Assembly: GCA_035267045.1 (NCBI GenBank)
Contig: DATFMH010000226.1
Coordinates: 11,427 to 75,426 of the forward strand
Source of the DNA: Balneolales bacterium
Lineage (GTDB): Bacteria > Bacteroidota > Rhodothermia > Balneolales > DATFMH01
Direction: 5' to 3'
Length of the DNA: 64,000 nt
How positions within the stretch are numbered: the stretch's first letter is position 1; the number at the start of each line of letters is the position of its first letter. Of the stretch, positions 37,007 to 47,122 are shown one piece after another. The notes beneath the pieces were generated by a model. That model was not told the origin of the DNA. It was given only the letters and a program-made list of their open reading frames with translations, and ran no database searches. The translations under genes were made by a program, and so were the position numbers.

Positions 37007-38746
37007 TTATGCTGGGTTAATTTCAGTTTCTTTTAATGATGGCAATTGAACACCGTTTTCCTCATCCATTCGCTCATAACTGATACCTTCAAAAACAGGA
37101 AATGCAGAAGATATTTCAGCCATGATTTCTCTCGATTCTGTATAATCGAGATCCAGATTCATTCGATAAGATACTCTGACAAAAAATTCCCAGGCGGGGA
37201 TACAATCGATTTTGTTTTGGTCGGAAATCCAGTTGTCGAATTTTGTTCCATACCGGTCAAGTCGGCTGATACCCATTTCAGGATTAATGCTCCGGTTGGT
37301 ATAAACCGTTTCTTTAGCAGGGAATGTACGTTGTATTCGGCCATCAATACTTACATAACTGGCATCGTGCTCAGCTGCACAAGTAACAGGAATGACTAAA
37401 TCGGATGCATTGGTCATTTCCGAATTATTTGTAGCTAAGCTTATAACGTATTTACCCTTCAAAGCTTCTTTCGTTACAGCAGAACGGTCCAGAAGGTTAT
37501 CATTAAGAATAACAACAATTTTTACTTTATTTGAAGAAAGTTGCCTGGCAAGATCGTCTGATTCTGTAAAATCAAGATAATTAATTCCCAGTGTATTGGG
37601 TGCCTGATCATCTGTTAGCAGAAAGTTATCACCGGCACCTTCTTCAATATGTGGCGTGTAATAAACATCATTAACGCCAATTTTATTGAAAAACTTACTT
37701 AGGATGTAATTATCCTCAAGAGAAGCATGGGGGCTGCCGATAACAAGAATTTCATCAGCAGCGTGGCTGCTAATTTGTTCTACAAATGTTTCGAGAGCAT
37801 TATTCCAGGTCGTTTTAGTAGTGTTATCACCATCAAGACGAATCTCCGGTTTTGATACTCTGTTCTCATTAAATAATCTGTATGCCTCCCGTCCGACATC
37901 AGCCATCCAGTAATCATTGACTTCCGGATTGTAACGCGGTGTTATACGCATTACAAGATTATTCCGTGTCCAAAGGTCCACGTTCGTACCTTTAGCATTT
38001 GTAATATCAATGCCCGGTGTTTGATTTAACTCCCAAACACGGGCTTTAAAACGAAAATCAGACGAAGTTAAGGCACCTACAGGACAAATATCAACCGTGT
38101 TAACCGAATAAGGATCGTCGAATTCTCTTCCGGGTGCTGTTGCCGGGTAGTTTTTATCTCCGCGGGAGATGATTGTCAATTGATTCGATTTACTTATTTC
38201 ATTACAGAAGCGAACACAACGGGTACAATTGATGCAGCGTTCTGCATCTAATGTAACTCTTGGCCCTAATTTAATTCGCTTGGGCTTATGAACCTTTTTA
38301 AACTCGAAACGACTTCCTTCCGGTCCGTATTTATAGGTTTGGATCTGTAACGGACATTCACCGGCCTGATCACATATAGGGCAGTCAAGCGGGTGGTTAA
38401 TAAGTATAAATTCGAGGTTATCTTTTTGTGCTCTCTTAACTAAATCGGATGTTCGGTGTGTTTTGATGACCATGCCGTCGCTCATATCCAGACTGCAAGC
38501 TGTCATCAATTTCGGGAAGAAACGAATCTTACGTTCACCGTTTTCATCCTTTTCATATTCATTTTTTTCTTTATTAAATACGGGCGTGCCGGCCTGTACC
38601 ATACATTGACGGCAGTTAGCCGGGATGGACAGGGAGGGATGGTAGCAGAAGAAAGGCAGCTCCAACCCATGATCTAACATAAATTGCAGAACTTTCTGCG
38701 GCTTCTCGTATTCTAACCTATTACCGTCTATGAAAATCTCAGGCAT
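37007..38746 (-). CDS. nuoG: NADH-quinone oxidoreductase subunit G
   Basis: N-terminal 2Fe-2S and 4Fe-4S Cys clusters (CRQC, HPLDCPICDQAGEC, CINCTRCVRFC, ICPVGAL), followed by a molybdopterin-oxidoreductase-like domain. Confidence 0.93.
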   Translation of the reverse strand: MPEIFIDGNRLEYEKPQKVLQFMLDHGLELPFFCYHPSLSIPANCRQCMVQAGTPVFNKEKNEYEKDENGERKIRFFPKLMTACSLDMSDGMVIKTHRTSDLVKRAQKDNLEFILINHPLDCPICDQAGECPLQIQTYKYGPEGSRFEFKKVHKPKRIKLGPRVTLDAERCINCTRCVRFCNEISKSNQLTIISRGDKNYPATAPGREFDDPYSVNTVDICPVGALTSSDFRFKARVWELNQTPGIDITNAKGTNVDLWTRNNLVMRITPRYNPEVNDYWMADVGREAYRLFNENRVSKPEIRLDGDNTTKTTWNNALETFVEQISSHAADEILVIGSPHASLEDNYILSKFFNKIGVNDVYYTPHIEEGAGDNFLLTDDQAPNTLGINYLDFTESDDLARQLSSNKVKIVVILNDNLLDRSAVTKEALKGKYVISLATNNSEMTNASDLVIPVTCAAEHDASYVSIDGRIQRTFPAKETVYTNRSINPEMGISRLDRYGTKFDNWISDQNKIDCIPAWEFFVRVSYRMNLDLDYTESREIMAEISSAFPVFEGISYERMDEENGVQLPSLKETEINPA

Positions 38747-38760
38747 TTTATTCCTAAATT

Positions 38761-40053
38761 TTATGCTGTTGCGTAAATAGTTTTCTTACAACGTGCTTCA
38801 AATTCATCACGGAACCGACTGATGGTATAACGTACCGGCCATGCAGCGGCATCTGCTAAAGCACAAATTGTTCGGCCTTCCATTTGGGTGCAGAGATCAA
38901 GCAATATATCCAGATCCCTGTATTCGCCCTCGCCATTCTTAATTTTTAGTAGAAGTTTCTCCAGCCAGCCGGTACCTTCGCGGCATGGCGTACATTGACC
39001 GCAAGACTCATGATGATAGAAATGAGTTATACGCCATAGGAAATCGATCATATCGGTATCCTCATCAAGTACACACAACCCGGCCGTACCCATCATGGAA
39101 CCGGCTTCTCGTAATGACTCAGCATCCATGGTAAGACCTTCAAGCTGGTCGGCTCTCAGTACGGGGGTTGAAGAACCACCCGGTACAACGGCTTTTACTT
39201 TCTTTCCATTTCGTACTCCACCGGCCACTTCGTTGATAAGGGTCATTATGGGCATTCCTGTTGGAAATTCATAAACACCCGGTTTATTAACATGTCCGGA
39301 TATTCCATATAAAACCGGACCAGGATGCTTAGCTGCACCAAGATTGGAATACCAATCTGCACCATTTTTGATTATGAAAGGCACATTGGATAATGTTTCA
39401 ATATTGTTGATGGTTGTCGGCCGGCCCCATAATCCTTTTTGTGCCGGGAAGGGAGGTTTTAGTCTTGGATAGCCACGCTTTCCTTCAAGCGATTCCATAA
39501 GGGAAGATTCCTCACCACAGATATACGCTCCTGCACCGCTGTGCAGATATAAATCAATATCTACACCACTTCCTAAAATATTTTTACCCAGGTAACCTTT
39601 TTTATAGGCTTCATCAACCGCATTCTGCAATTTTTGAATCCATGACCTGTATTCACCGCGGATATACACATAAACGGCATTAACAGTCATAGCATAAGCA
39701 GCAATAACGGCACCTTCTATGAAAAGATGCGGATTATATTCAAAAATCTGACGGTCTTTGAATGTACCGGGTTCCGACTCATCGCCATTAGCAGCGATAT
39801 AACGGGGGCCGCCATCCGGCTTCGGCATAAACGACCATTTTAATCCGGTGTTGAAACCGGCACCGCCACGACCGCGTAAGCCTGCGCTTTTGACTTCGTT
39901 CGTCACATTATCTTTAGCCCACTTACCGTCCTTGTTTTTCAGGACATCTTTCAAAGAATCATAACCACCGTTTTTTTCGTATACATCAATCTGGTGGAGA
40001 TTCTTTATGTTTGGTAACAGTAGTGGTTTATACGATTTCCAATCCATTGACAT
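38761..40053 (-). CDS. nuoF: NADH-quinone oxidoreductase subunit F
   Basis: GLRGRGGAGF FMN/NADH motifs, ICGEESSLMESLEG, and the C-terminal ESCGQCTPCREG 4Fe-4S motif. Confidence 0.97.
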   Translation of the reverse strand: MSMDWKSYKPLLLPNIKNLHQIDVYEKNGGYDSLKDVLKNKDGKWAKDNVTNEVKSAGLRGRGGAGFNTGLKWSFMPKPDGGPRYIAANGDESEPGTFKDRQIFEYNPHLFIEGAVIAAYAMTVNAVYVYIRGEYRSWIQKLQNAVDEAYKKGYLGKNILGSGVDIDLYLHSGAGAYICGEESSLMESLEGKRGYPRLKPPFPAQKGLWGRPTTINNIETLSNVPFIIKNGADWYSNLGAAKHPGPVLYGISGHVNKPGVYEFPTGMPIMTLINEVAGGVRNGKKVKAVVPGGSSTPVLRADQLEGLTMDAESLREAGSMMGTAGLCVLDEDTDMIDFLWRITHFYHHESCGQCTPCREGTGWLEKLLLKIKNGEGEYRDLDILLDLCTQMEGRTICALADAAAWPVRYTISRFRDEFEARCKKTIYATA

Positions 40054-40056
40054 AAA

Positions 40057-40593
40057 TTAATTCTCTTCTTTTTGATGTTGTGGCAGGGGAATGGATTCAA
40101 ATTCCGGCATTTTATCTTCGCGCAAGGAATCAATTAATTGATCTACTTTTTCCTTTGTTAGATGATTCACATAAACATCATTGGAAACTTGTAAAATGGG
40201 GGCATAACCACAAGCTCCGAGACATTCTACCGATTGAATACTGAATAAACCATCTTCGGTTGTCTCTCCTGCTTTTATACCCAGTTTGTCTTCAATATAT
40301 TCGAGTATATCGTATCCGCCGGTTACCTGACAACTGAAGCAGGTACAAACATCGAGTACATACTTACCCATCTTTTTGTTGTAAAACTGTGTATAAAAAG
40401 ATACAACACCGTATACATGCGCTTCGGGAAGGTCTAACACCTCAGCCACTATTTTTTGTACTTCTTCATCCACATGTCCGAACTTCTCCTGTGCAAACCA
40501 TAGAACAGGCATAACAGCCGACATGTTGGTTGGGTATTTGGCCTTTATCTTTTCTATCTCTTCAAAATCAGATTTATCAAATGCTATATCCAT
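40057..40593 (-). CDS. nuoE: NADH-quinone oxidoreductase subunit E
   Basis: Thioredoxin-like 2Fe-2S pattern C..C...(C.GAC). Sits between nuoD and nuoF. Confidence 0.93.
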   Translation of the reverse strand: MDIAFDKSDFEEIEKIKAKYPTNMSAVMPVLWFAQEKFGHVDEEVQKIVAEVLDLPEAHVYGVVSFYTQFYNKKMGKYVLDVCTCFSCQVTGGYDILEYIEDKLGIKAGETTEDGLFSIQSVECLGACGYAPILQVSNDVYVNHLTKEKVDQLIDSLREDKMPEFESIPLPQHQKEEN

Positions 40594-40598
40594 AATAA

Positions 40599-41891
40599 TT
40601 ATTTATCTGAGTCTCCCATTACAGGGTCTAATCCACCAATTAAAACTACCGTATCGGCAATCATTTCACCGTCCAGGATATATTCAAGACCTTGCAGATT
40701 CGCAAAAGAAGGCGATCTGATTTCCAGTCTCCATGGATGTCCGGTACCGTCACTTTGAATATAATAACCGAGTTCCCCTTTCGGAGCTTCGATAGCATGG
40801 TAACATTCAACTCCTTCAGGTGGACATATACCGGTATCGGTCATCATGAAATCGTGTATCATGCCTTCCATTGAATAATAAACCTCGTCTTTGGAAGGGT
40901 AGGTCTGTTTGGCATTATCAGCCCTGATAGGCCCTTTTTTCATTTTATCGAAACACTGCTCTATGAGGCTGAGACTTTGTGTCATTTCTTCCATCCTGCA
41001 ATAGTAACGAGCAAGATTATCACCTTCGAGACGTGTAGGTACTTCAAATTCTACTTCATCATATTTACAATAAGGATCAATTTTGCGTATATCGTAAGCA
41101 ATACCGGTTGCCCTGAGGTTAGGGCCACTTAATCCAATATCAATAGCTTCATCTGCTGTGATCGTACCAATATCTTTATTACGATCAACAAAGATCCTGT
41201 TTTTATTCAGAAATTTATTCCAACCGACCAATTCTTTTTTAAAATCTGTAACCCATTCTTTAATCATTTTGATGGTCTCGGGAGTAAAATCATTAGCTAC
41301 TCCACCAATCCGGGAATGGGAAATCGTAAAACGATGTCCACCGAAATTATCAAAAATATCGTATAGTTTTTCCCGCTCACGAAATGTCCATATAAAGAAG
41401 GATACGGCACCGGCATCCATAACCATGGTGCCAAGCCAGAGGAGGTGGGATGAAATACGTGCGAGTTCACATCCGATCATGCGGATATATTGTGCCCGAT
41501 CGGGAACTTCAATTTTGGCTATTTTCTCAACCGCTGTGCAGAGAGCTACATTATTGCTGTAAGGGGACAGGTAATCCGTACGGTCGGTGTACGGCATAAA
41601 TTCCTGGTATGTTTTGTTCTCAGCAATTTTTTCTATTCCGCGATGAAGGTATCCGATATCTAATTTATTCTTAATTATTTTCTCTCCATCGAGTTCCAAT
41701 ATGACTCGTAGAACACCGTGTGTTGCCGGGTGCTGCGGACCCATATTAAGCACCATATGAGTAGCCAACGGATCATCTTCATAAACCTCAACGGTAGTAT
41801 GTTTGTCCTCCAGGCTTTTATATATGGCTTCCTGGTGCTTCTTGAAGAATGTCGATTGTATTTTAGAAGTTAATTTTTTCTCTAATTCCAT
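40599..41891 (-). CDS. nuoD: NADH-quinone oxidoreductase subunit D
   Basis: MGPQHPATHGVLR block and C-terminal IGGLDPVMGDSDK. The ORF track runs to 42050 but overlaps nuoC. The ATG at 41891 (MELEKK...) lies 10 nt after the nuoC stop. Confidence 0.95.
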   Translation of the reverse strand: MELEKKLTSKIQSTFFKKHQEAIYKSLEDKHTTVEVYEDDPLATHMVLNMGPQHPATHGVLRVILELDGEKIIKNKLDIGYLHRGIEKIAENKTYQEFMPYTDRTDYLSPYSNNVALCTAVEKIAKIEVPDRAQYIRMIGCELARISSHLLWLGTMVMDAGAVSFFIWTFREREKLYDIFDNFGGHRFTISHSRIGGVANDFTPETIKMIKEWVTDFKKELVGWNKFLNKNRIFVDRNKDIGTITADEAIDIGLSGPNLRATGIAYDIRKIDPYCKYDEVEFEVPTRLEGDNLARYYCRMEEMTQSLSLIEQCFDKMKKGPIRADNAKQTYPSKDEVYYSMEGMIHDFMMTDTGICPPEGVECYHAIEAPKGELGYYIQSDGTGHPWRLEIRSPSFANLQGLEYILDGEMIADTVVLIGGLDPVMGDSDK

Positions 41892-41901
41892 CGTATCTTG
41901 T

Positions 41902-42411
41902 TTAATCTTCTGTATCCGGTGTGGTGCTGGGTAATTCGATAGACCCGGGGATACCCAAAAGCGGAAATTCTTTGCGTAGTGGATAGTATTCGAAGTCTTC
42001 GGGTAAGTAAACTCGTCGTAAATCCGGGTGGTCATCAAAAATAACGCCAAACATGTCGTATGTTTGACGTTCCTGCCAATTGGCTGCTTTCCAGATATCG
42101 GTTACCGTTTGAACATGGGGATCTTCCTCTTCACATCTGACTTTGAGGAATAAACGTAATTGATCCCGTAGTGAAACAATATTATAAATGACTTCAAATC
42201 GTTCTTCGGAGGTAAAACGGTCGGTCCCGAATATATCTACCAGATAGATGAATCGATGTTCATCATAAAGCCTGCGGCATATATCGTGTATCTTATTAAC
42301 GGATGTCCGGACAAGAATGTCGCCCTGGTACCCGGTAACCTCAAGTATGTCATCCGGATATTGATTTTTTAAGTCATCAATAACTTTTTGATGAGCAGAA
42401 GAAATATTCAT
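41902..42411 (-). CDS. nuoC: NADH-quinone oxidoreductase subunit C
   Basis: Block ANWQERQTYDMFGVIFDDHPDLRRV, typical of the 30-kDa subunit. Confidence 0.95.
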   Translation of the reverse strand: MNISSAHQKVIDDLKNQYPDDILEVTGYQGDILVRTSVNKIHDICRRLYDEHRFIYLVDIFGTDRFTSEERFEVIYNIVSLRDQLRLFLKVRCEEEDPHVQTVTDIWKAANWQERQTYDMFGVIFDDHPDLRRVYLPEDFEYYPLRKEFPLLGIPGSIELPSTTPDTED

Positions 42412-42414
42412 GAG

Positions 42415-42897
42415 TTAAGTATCAAGTAATACAGAATGTTCTGTTTTAATTTTATTCTGAATCTTCATCAATGCGTTTATAACGGCATCAGGCCGCGGTG
42501 GGCATCCTGAAATGTAAGCATCGACGGGTAAGAAGTTATCAACTCCCTGTACAACTCCATAGCAACGGTGCATACCGCCGGTGGAAGCACAGGCTCCCAT
42601 GGCAACACACCATTTTGGGTCCGGCATCTGATCCCATATCCTTCGGATGGCGTGCGACATCTTATACGTACACCAACCGGCCACGATCATCAGATCGCTT
42701 TGACGTGGTGAAAAACGGAATACTTCGGATCCGAACCTGGAAACGTCATATCTTGGGCCGGCAAATGCCATCATTTCGATAGCGCAGCAAGCCAGTCCCA
42801 TAGGCATTGGCCAAACGGCATTTGAACGTGCCCAGTTTACAAGGGAGTCTACTCTTGTAGTTAAATATCCTTCGCCTAAGGCGCTTTCTAATCCCAT
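42415..42897 (-). CDS. nuoB: NADH-quinone oxidoreductase subunit B
   Basis: [18 protein letters not shown] and GCPPRP motifs for the N2 cluster. Confidence 0.97.
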   Translation of the reverse strand: MGLESALGEGYLTTRVDSLVNWARSNAVWPMPMGLACCAIEMMAFAGPRYDVSRFGSEVFRFSPRQSDLMIVAGWCTYKMSHAIRRIWDQMPDPKWCVAMGACASTGGMHRCYGVVQGVDNFLPVDAYISGCPPRPDAVINALMKIQNKIKTEHSVLLDT

Positions 42898-42909
42898 AAC
42901 TGAAATAAA

Positions 42910-43284
42910 TTATTTTTTAATCTGTTTGAAATCCCAATCAAGTGTACCTTTTTTTAAGGTATAAATTAACCCGAGGAACAGTATTACTAAAAATAGCATC
43001 ATTGCAATAAAAGTTCCTATTCCGAGTTTTAAAAATCGAACGGCCCATGGATAAAGAAATACTACTTCGAGATCAAAAACGATAAATTCCATGGCAACCA
43101 AATAGAAACTGACGGAGTAACGTTCCCGGGCCTGACCTACAGGATCCATACCACTTTCGTATGGTCCAAGTTTTAAAACATTGGGTCGGTACGGCCCTAT
43201 AATTCTTGATAAAATCATAAATAAAAACGCCACAATCACGGCGACACCAACCAATATCATGATTGGTAAGTAATTCTCTAACAT
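42910..43284 (-). CDS. nuoA: NADH-quinone oxidoreductase subunit A
   Basis: 124 aa with 3 TM helices and the YESGMDP and FDLEVVFLYPWA motifs. Confidence 0.95.
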   Translation of the reverse strand: MLENYLPIMILVGVAVIVAFLFMILSRIIGPYRPNVLKLGPYESGMDPVGQARERYSVSFYLVAMEFIVFDLEVVFLYPWAVRFLKLGIGTFIAMMLFLVILFLGLIYTLKKGTLDWDFKQIKK

Positions 43285-43516
43285 AATTTTTTAATTTAAT
43301 CACATGTGCATTAACACCCTTTTTGATCAAGCAAAAATTAGGGCGATTGCTATGAAATGTCAATGTAATATGAAAAGGATTAAAATGCCTTAAAAAATGT
43401 TACTTTTTCTTCTATGAGTTGAGATTTCATTTAACTTGACCTTTAAGTGTAGTGCAATAATCTTTAAATTAAAAAGGTAAAGAATTTATTAATTGGCTTA
43501 AAAAGAGAAACGTACC

Positions 43517-44113
43517 GTGGAAAAAATTCAAATGGAGATTTTAGGGCTTTCAACGAGTCCAAGCAGCGGTGGTGCTTATGCACTTATTTTAAATGAGACG
43601 GATGGCAATCGAAGGCTCCCGATTATCATCGGTACGTTTGAAGCACAAGCTATTGCCCTTGAGCTCGAACATATAAAACCGCCAAGGCCTATGACGCACG
43701 ACCTGCTCCGAAATGTTGTTCAAAGTTTTAACACTTATGTTAAGCAGGTGTTTATTAACGAGCTTAAGGAGGGTACATTTTATGCTGAAATTATATATGA
43801 TTTTAACGGTAAAGACGTCCATATGGATGCCCGGCCCAGTGATGCAATAGCCCTGGCAATCCGGTTTAATGCACCTATTTTTGTCGCCGATGAGGTATTG
43901 AGTGAAGCAGGTATTCAGGCGGATTTAAGTGACGAAGAACTTGGAGATTCGCCGAAGTTCGAAGAACAGCCTGAAGAAGCTAAGTCTGCAAAAGACACGG
44001 AAGAAGACAGTAAATTAAAATTATTAGAAAAACACCTGGAAACGGCTATAGAAAAAGAGGATTATGAAAAAGCCGCTAAACTCAGGGATGAAATAAAAAA
44101 ATTGAAAGGATAA
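43517..44113 (+). CDS. bifunctional nuclease (BFN/DUF151) family protein with C-terminal UVR motif
   Basis: RLPIIIGTFEAQAIALEL...PRPMTHDLL and ARPSDAIALAIRF blocks, plus a C-terminal EDYEKAAKLRDEIKKLK UvrB/C-like helix. Starts with GTG. An alternative ATG lies at 43532. Confidence 0.85.
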   Translation: MEKIQMEILGLSTSPSSGGAYALILNETDGNRRLPIIIGTFEAQAIALELEHIKPPRPMTHDLLRNVVQSFNTYVKQVFINELKEGTFYAEIIYDFNGKDVHMDARPSDAIALAIRFNAPIFVADEVLSEAGIQADLSDEELGDSPKFEEQPEEAKSAKDTEEDSKLKLLEKHLETAIEKEDYEKAAKLRDEIKKLKG

Positions 44114-44116
44114 GCA

Positions 44117-45727
44117 TTGCAAATAAAAAGTATTGATTACTCTCATTTGCCCTTCTCTGACTTATATAAAACTTATGTTTCCGATTATTCCAAAGTTGAT
44201 CGTTTTTATAATGGCAATCCGCTGAATGAGGATGAAATTTCCGGATTTTATAAAAAAAATGTAGCGGTCACCGATCGGGTTGAGACGGTAAAGCTACTTA
44301 AAGATTTTAACAATGGGTTCGACCTGGATCCATTGGCACAAAAAAATATTGAAAGATTGGCTGATGAGAAGGCTCAAACCGTTGTGACCGGTCAACAACT
44401 GGGTATCTACGGAGGCCCGTTATTTACTGTTTATAAGGCTTTAACAGCTATTGTTTTTGCCAGACGGATGGAAAAAAAGACAGGGAATCCTGTTATTCCT
44501 GTTTTCTGGTTAGCCGACGAAGATCATGACTATGAGGAGATAGCCAGTGTTCGTTTCCCTAATCGTGACACTATTCATTCAATAAAACTGGATGCTTTCA
44601 ATGAAAAGAATCATGCAGTATCGGAATTGGTCATACCGGATAGGTTTACTGATTTTCGAAATGAAGTAAAAGAAAAACTAAGAGAAACGGATTTTTCTGA
44701 ATCTTTATGGGATTTATTGGATGAATGCTACCGTCCCGGTGTCACATTCCGGGTGGCATTTGGCAAACTGATAAGCCAACTGTTTTCAAAACACGGAATG
44801 ATCCTGGCTGGCAGCCATGATAAAAATATAAAACGTTATTTATTGCAACAGTTGCAAAGCTCTGTCGAAAATGCATCTGAAATAGGGGAGGCACTTGAAC
44901 GTCAGAGTGGGAAACTGGCCGATGTTTATCATCAACAGGCACAAACCGATTCGTCATTGCTATTCATGCATAGTGGGGAGGGAAGGGTACGTATTTCATT
45001 TGAAGACGGGATATGGAAATACGGTGACAGGGAGGAATGGCCTTCCGTAGAATTAAAAAAAATGATAGAGAAAAATCCCGAACGATTTTCCCCAAACGTT
45101 TTTTTACGGCCCGTTCTTCAGGATGCGTTATTGCCAAACAGGGCGTATGTAGCCGGACCCGGAGAATTGGCTTACTACGGTCAAATGAAAACGTTATACC
45201 CGATATTTAACATGGAAATGCCGTTTATTATTCCCCGCATGAGTGCTACATTGATTGAGTCGTCTATTAGCAGGATTATGGATGATCTACCATTTGATTT
45301 TACAGATTATAAAAAAAGGATTGAAGATCTGGAATCTGATTATGTTGATAGAACCAATACCATGGACGTTAATGAATATTTTAAACAATGGAAAAAAGAT
45401 GTCGATGAGTTATCGGAAAATAAGACGAAAGCGATTCAGAATATTGATCAGACACTAAAAGGAGCGGCAGAAAAAGCAAATTCATCGTATTATCATGCTC
45501 TGGATGGGCTAAAAGGGAAAGTATTTCGTGCTATCAAACAACAAAATGATATACAAATTAAACGAATCCGTAAAATTCATACTCATTTGTTTCCGGAACA
45601 GGAATTACAGGAGCGCAAATTCTCCTTCATCTATTATATGAATAAATACGGAGTGGATATTTGGGACAGAGTTTTAACTAAGATTGATGAGGAAACATTC
45701 GATACTCATAAACTTATTAATATCTAA
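44117..45727 (+). CDS. bshC: bacillithiol biosynthesis cysteine-adding enzyme BshC
   Basis: VTGQQLGIYGGPLFTVYKALTAI and FWLADEDHD blocks. The size (536 aa) fits. Starts with TTG. Confidence 0.85.
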   Translation: MQIKSIDYSHLPFSDLYKTYVSDYSKVDRFYNGNPLNEDEISGFYKKNVAVTDRVETVKLLKDFNNGFDLDPLAQKNIERLADEKAQTVVTGQQLGIYGGPLFTVYKALTAIVFARRMEKKTGNPVIPVFWLADEDHDYEEIASVRFPNRDTIHSIKLDAFNEKNHAVSELVIPDRFTDFRNEVKEKLRETDFSESLWDLLDECYRPGVTFRVAFGKLISQLFSKHGMILAGSHDKNIKRYLLQQLQSSVENASEIGEALERQSGKLADVYHQQAQTDSSLLFMHSGEGRVRISFEDGIWKYGDREEWPSVELKKMIEKNPERFSPNVFLRPVLQDALLPNRAYVAGPGELAYYGQMKTLYPIFNMEMPFIIPRMSATLIESSISRIMDDLPFDFTDYKKRIEDLESDYVDRTNTMDVNEYFKQWKKDVDELSENKTKAIQNIDQTLKGAAEKANSSYYHALDGLKGKVFRAIKQQNDIQIKRIRKIHTHLFPEQELQERKFSFIYYMNKYGVDIWDRVLTKIDEETFDTHKLINI

Positions 45728-45730
45728 TTA

Positions 45731-46327
45731 ATGCAGATTATCGACACCGGTGCTCAAAAACAAAAGATCCGTGAAAAACTCTTAATGAAACGCAAGGGAT
45801 TATCTTCGTATGATTATAAGTCGGTTAATAAACAGATTCTTCATCGATTAGTGCATTTAGATACTTTTAAAAAAGCACAAACGATTCATATTTATTTGCC
45901 TATCGTAAAACAAAAAGAGGTCGATACATTGCCGGTAATCGGATCGTTGTTGGAAAAAGGTAAGAACGTGGTTGTGCCCATCACCGAATTTGATCGTATT
46001 GCATTACGTCATGTTGCTTTAGATAATATGGAAGATTTAAAGACAAACCGATGGGGGGTACCCGAACCTGTTCAACAGATAGATATCGATATACAGGAAC
46101 TTGACCTGGTTATAGTGCCTATGGTTGGCGGAGATATGCATGGTAACAGGTTGGGATATGGAAAAGGATATTACGATAGTTTCCTAAAAGAAGTTAATTG
46201 TCCTAAAATTGGTTTACTACCGGAGACTTGTTTAGTAGATAACATACCTGTGGAAGAGCATGATGTCCCGCTTGATTATCTGATAACCGAGGATAGAATT
46301 ATCCGTGCCCGGGGCCAGGGTAGATAA
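45731..46327 (+). CDS. 5-formyltetrahydrofolate cyclo-ligase
   Basis: KIREKLL.KR at the N-terminus and the LVIVPMVGGDMHGNRLGYGKGYYD signature. Confidence 0.9.
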   Translation: MQIIDTGAQKQKIREKLLMKRKGLSSYDYKSVNKQILHRLVHLDTFKKAQTIHIYLPIVKQKEVDTLPVIGSLLEKGKNVVVPITEFDRIALRHVALDNMEDLKTNRWGVPEPVQQIDIDIQELDLVIVPMVGGDMHGNRLGYGKGYYDSFLKEVNCPKIGLLPETCLVDNIPVEEHDVPLDYLITEDRIIRARGQGR

Positions 46328-46419
46328 TATTTAAAAAAGTAACCATCTTATATATAATGAACCTTTATGTATTTCGGTTCGTATAGTCATAAAAAAGGTA
46401 AAAAGAGTAAAATAATATT

Positions 46420-47109
46420 ATGGCAGAGCGTACCAAACAAATGGGGCAAAGTTCTAATCTTGGCGATTCTGTTTCCTATACGGAAAATGATCTGCAGTTA
46501 GCACTTGATGATTTTCTGGAAGAAGAAAAACGTAAAGAGGTAAAACCAACGTTATTCAATTTTCAGACAATTGCCGGTTTTGTAATCATATTTTTATCAC
46601 TCAGCTATCTCGTTCAGCAAATCGGACTCAGTTGGGGGCCGAGTTTAAGTGGTTTAATGAGCGCACTTCCGGTAATTGGTGGTGTTATTGTGACCATAGT
46701 CGGCCTGGGTATATTTAGCAGGGAAAGAAAGAAGCATCGTAAGCAAAGGCGAAAAGAAAGAAGAGAGAAGAAACATTTATATAATAACCTTGAACAGAGA
46801 GAAAGACGCAGGGAGAAACACAGGAAGCATGAATTTGATTCATTTAAGTCGATGTCAGAACATGATATAAAAGTGGATCGTTATGCCCTCAAAAAGAACA
46901 AAAAATTATTCCGGTCCCGTCATGATAAACGAATATTTGGTGTTTGCGGCGGTATAGCCCGTTATTTTGGTGTCAGTTCTACATTTGTCCGGTTACTTTT
47001 TGCCATAGGTACATTATTAGGCTACGGATTTCCTATAATTCTTTATATTGCACTGGCTGTAGTGTTACCTAAAGAGCCGTATTCATTATTTGATGTAGAC
47101 GATATTTAA
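46420..47109 (+). CDS. PspC domain-containing membrane protein
   Basis: C-terminal LFRSRHDKRIFGVCGGIARYFGVSSTFVRLLF...LYIALAVVLP is a PspC domain. Two upstream TM helices are followed by a polybasic linker. Confidence 0.85.
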   Translation: MAERTKQMGQSSNLGDSVSYTENDLQLALDDFLEEEKRKEVKPTLFNFQTIAGFVIIFLSLSYLVQQIGLSWGPSLSGLMSALPVIGGVIVTIVGLGIFSRERKKHRKQRRKERREKKHLYNNLEQRERRREKHRKHEFDSFKSMSEHDIKVDRYALKKNKKLFRSRHDKRIFGVCGGIARYFGVSSTFVRLLFAIGTLLGYGFPIILYIALAVVLPKEPYSLFDVDDI

Positions 47110-47122
47110 TTAAATTAAATGC

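Noticed and set aside
41158-41562. 134-aa plus-strand ORF antisense to nuoD. Similar long shadow or alternate-frame ORFs: 32006-32365 in dnaB, 37046-37399 in nuoG, 34750-35091 in mtaB, 4918-5253 in atpB and 28529-28876 in mutL.
   Set aside because: All are fully embedded in strongly supported conserved genes. They have low-complexity or odd composition and no motifs, which is typical of shadow ORFs.
41892-42050. N-terminal 53-aa extension of the nuoD ORF (track start 42050)
   Set aside because: The extension overlaps the 3' end of nuoC by 149 nt in another frame. The conserved NuoD sequence begins after the ATG at 41891, which lies 10 nt past the nuoC stop.
43073-43363. 96-aa minus-strand ORF overlapping nuoA in another frame and reaching into the promoter spacer
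   Set aside because: nuoA is well supported in the other frame. This ORF has no motif and is probably spurious.
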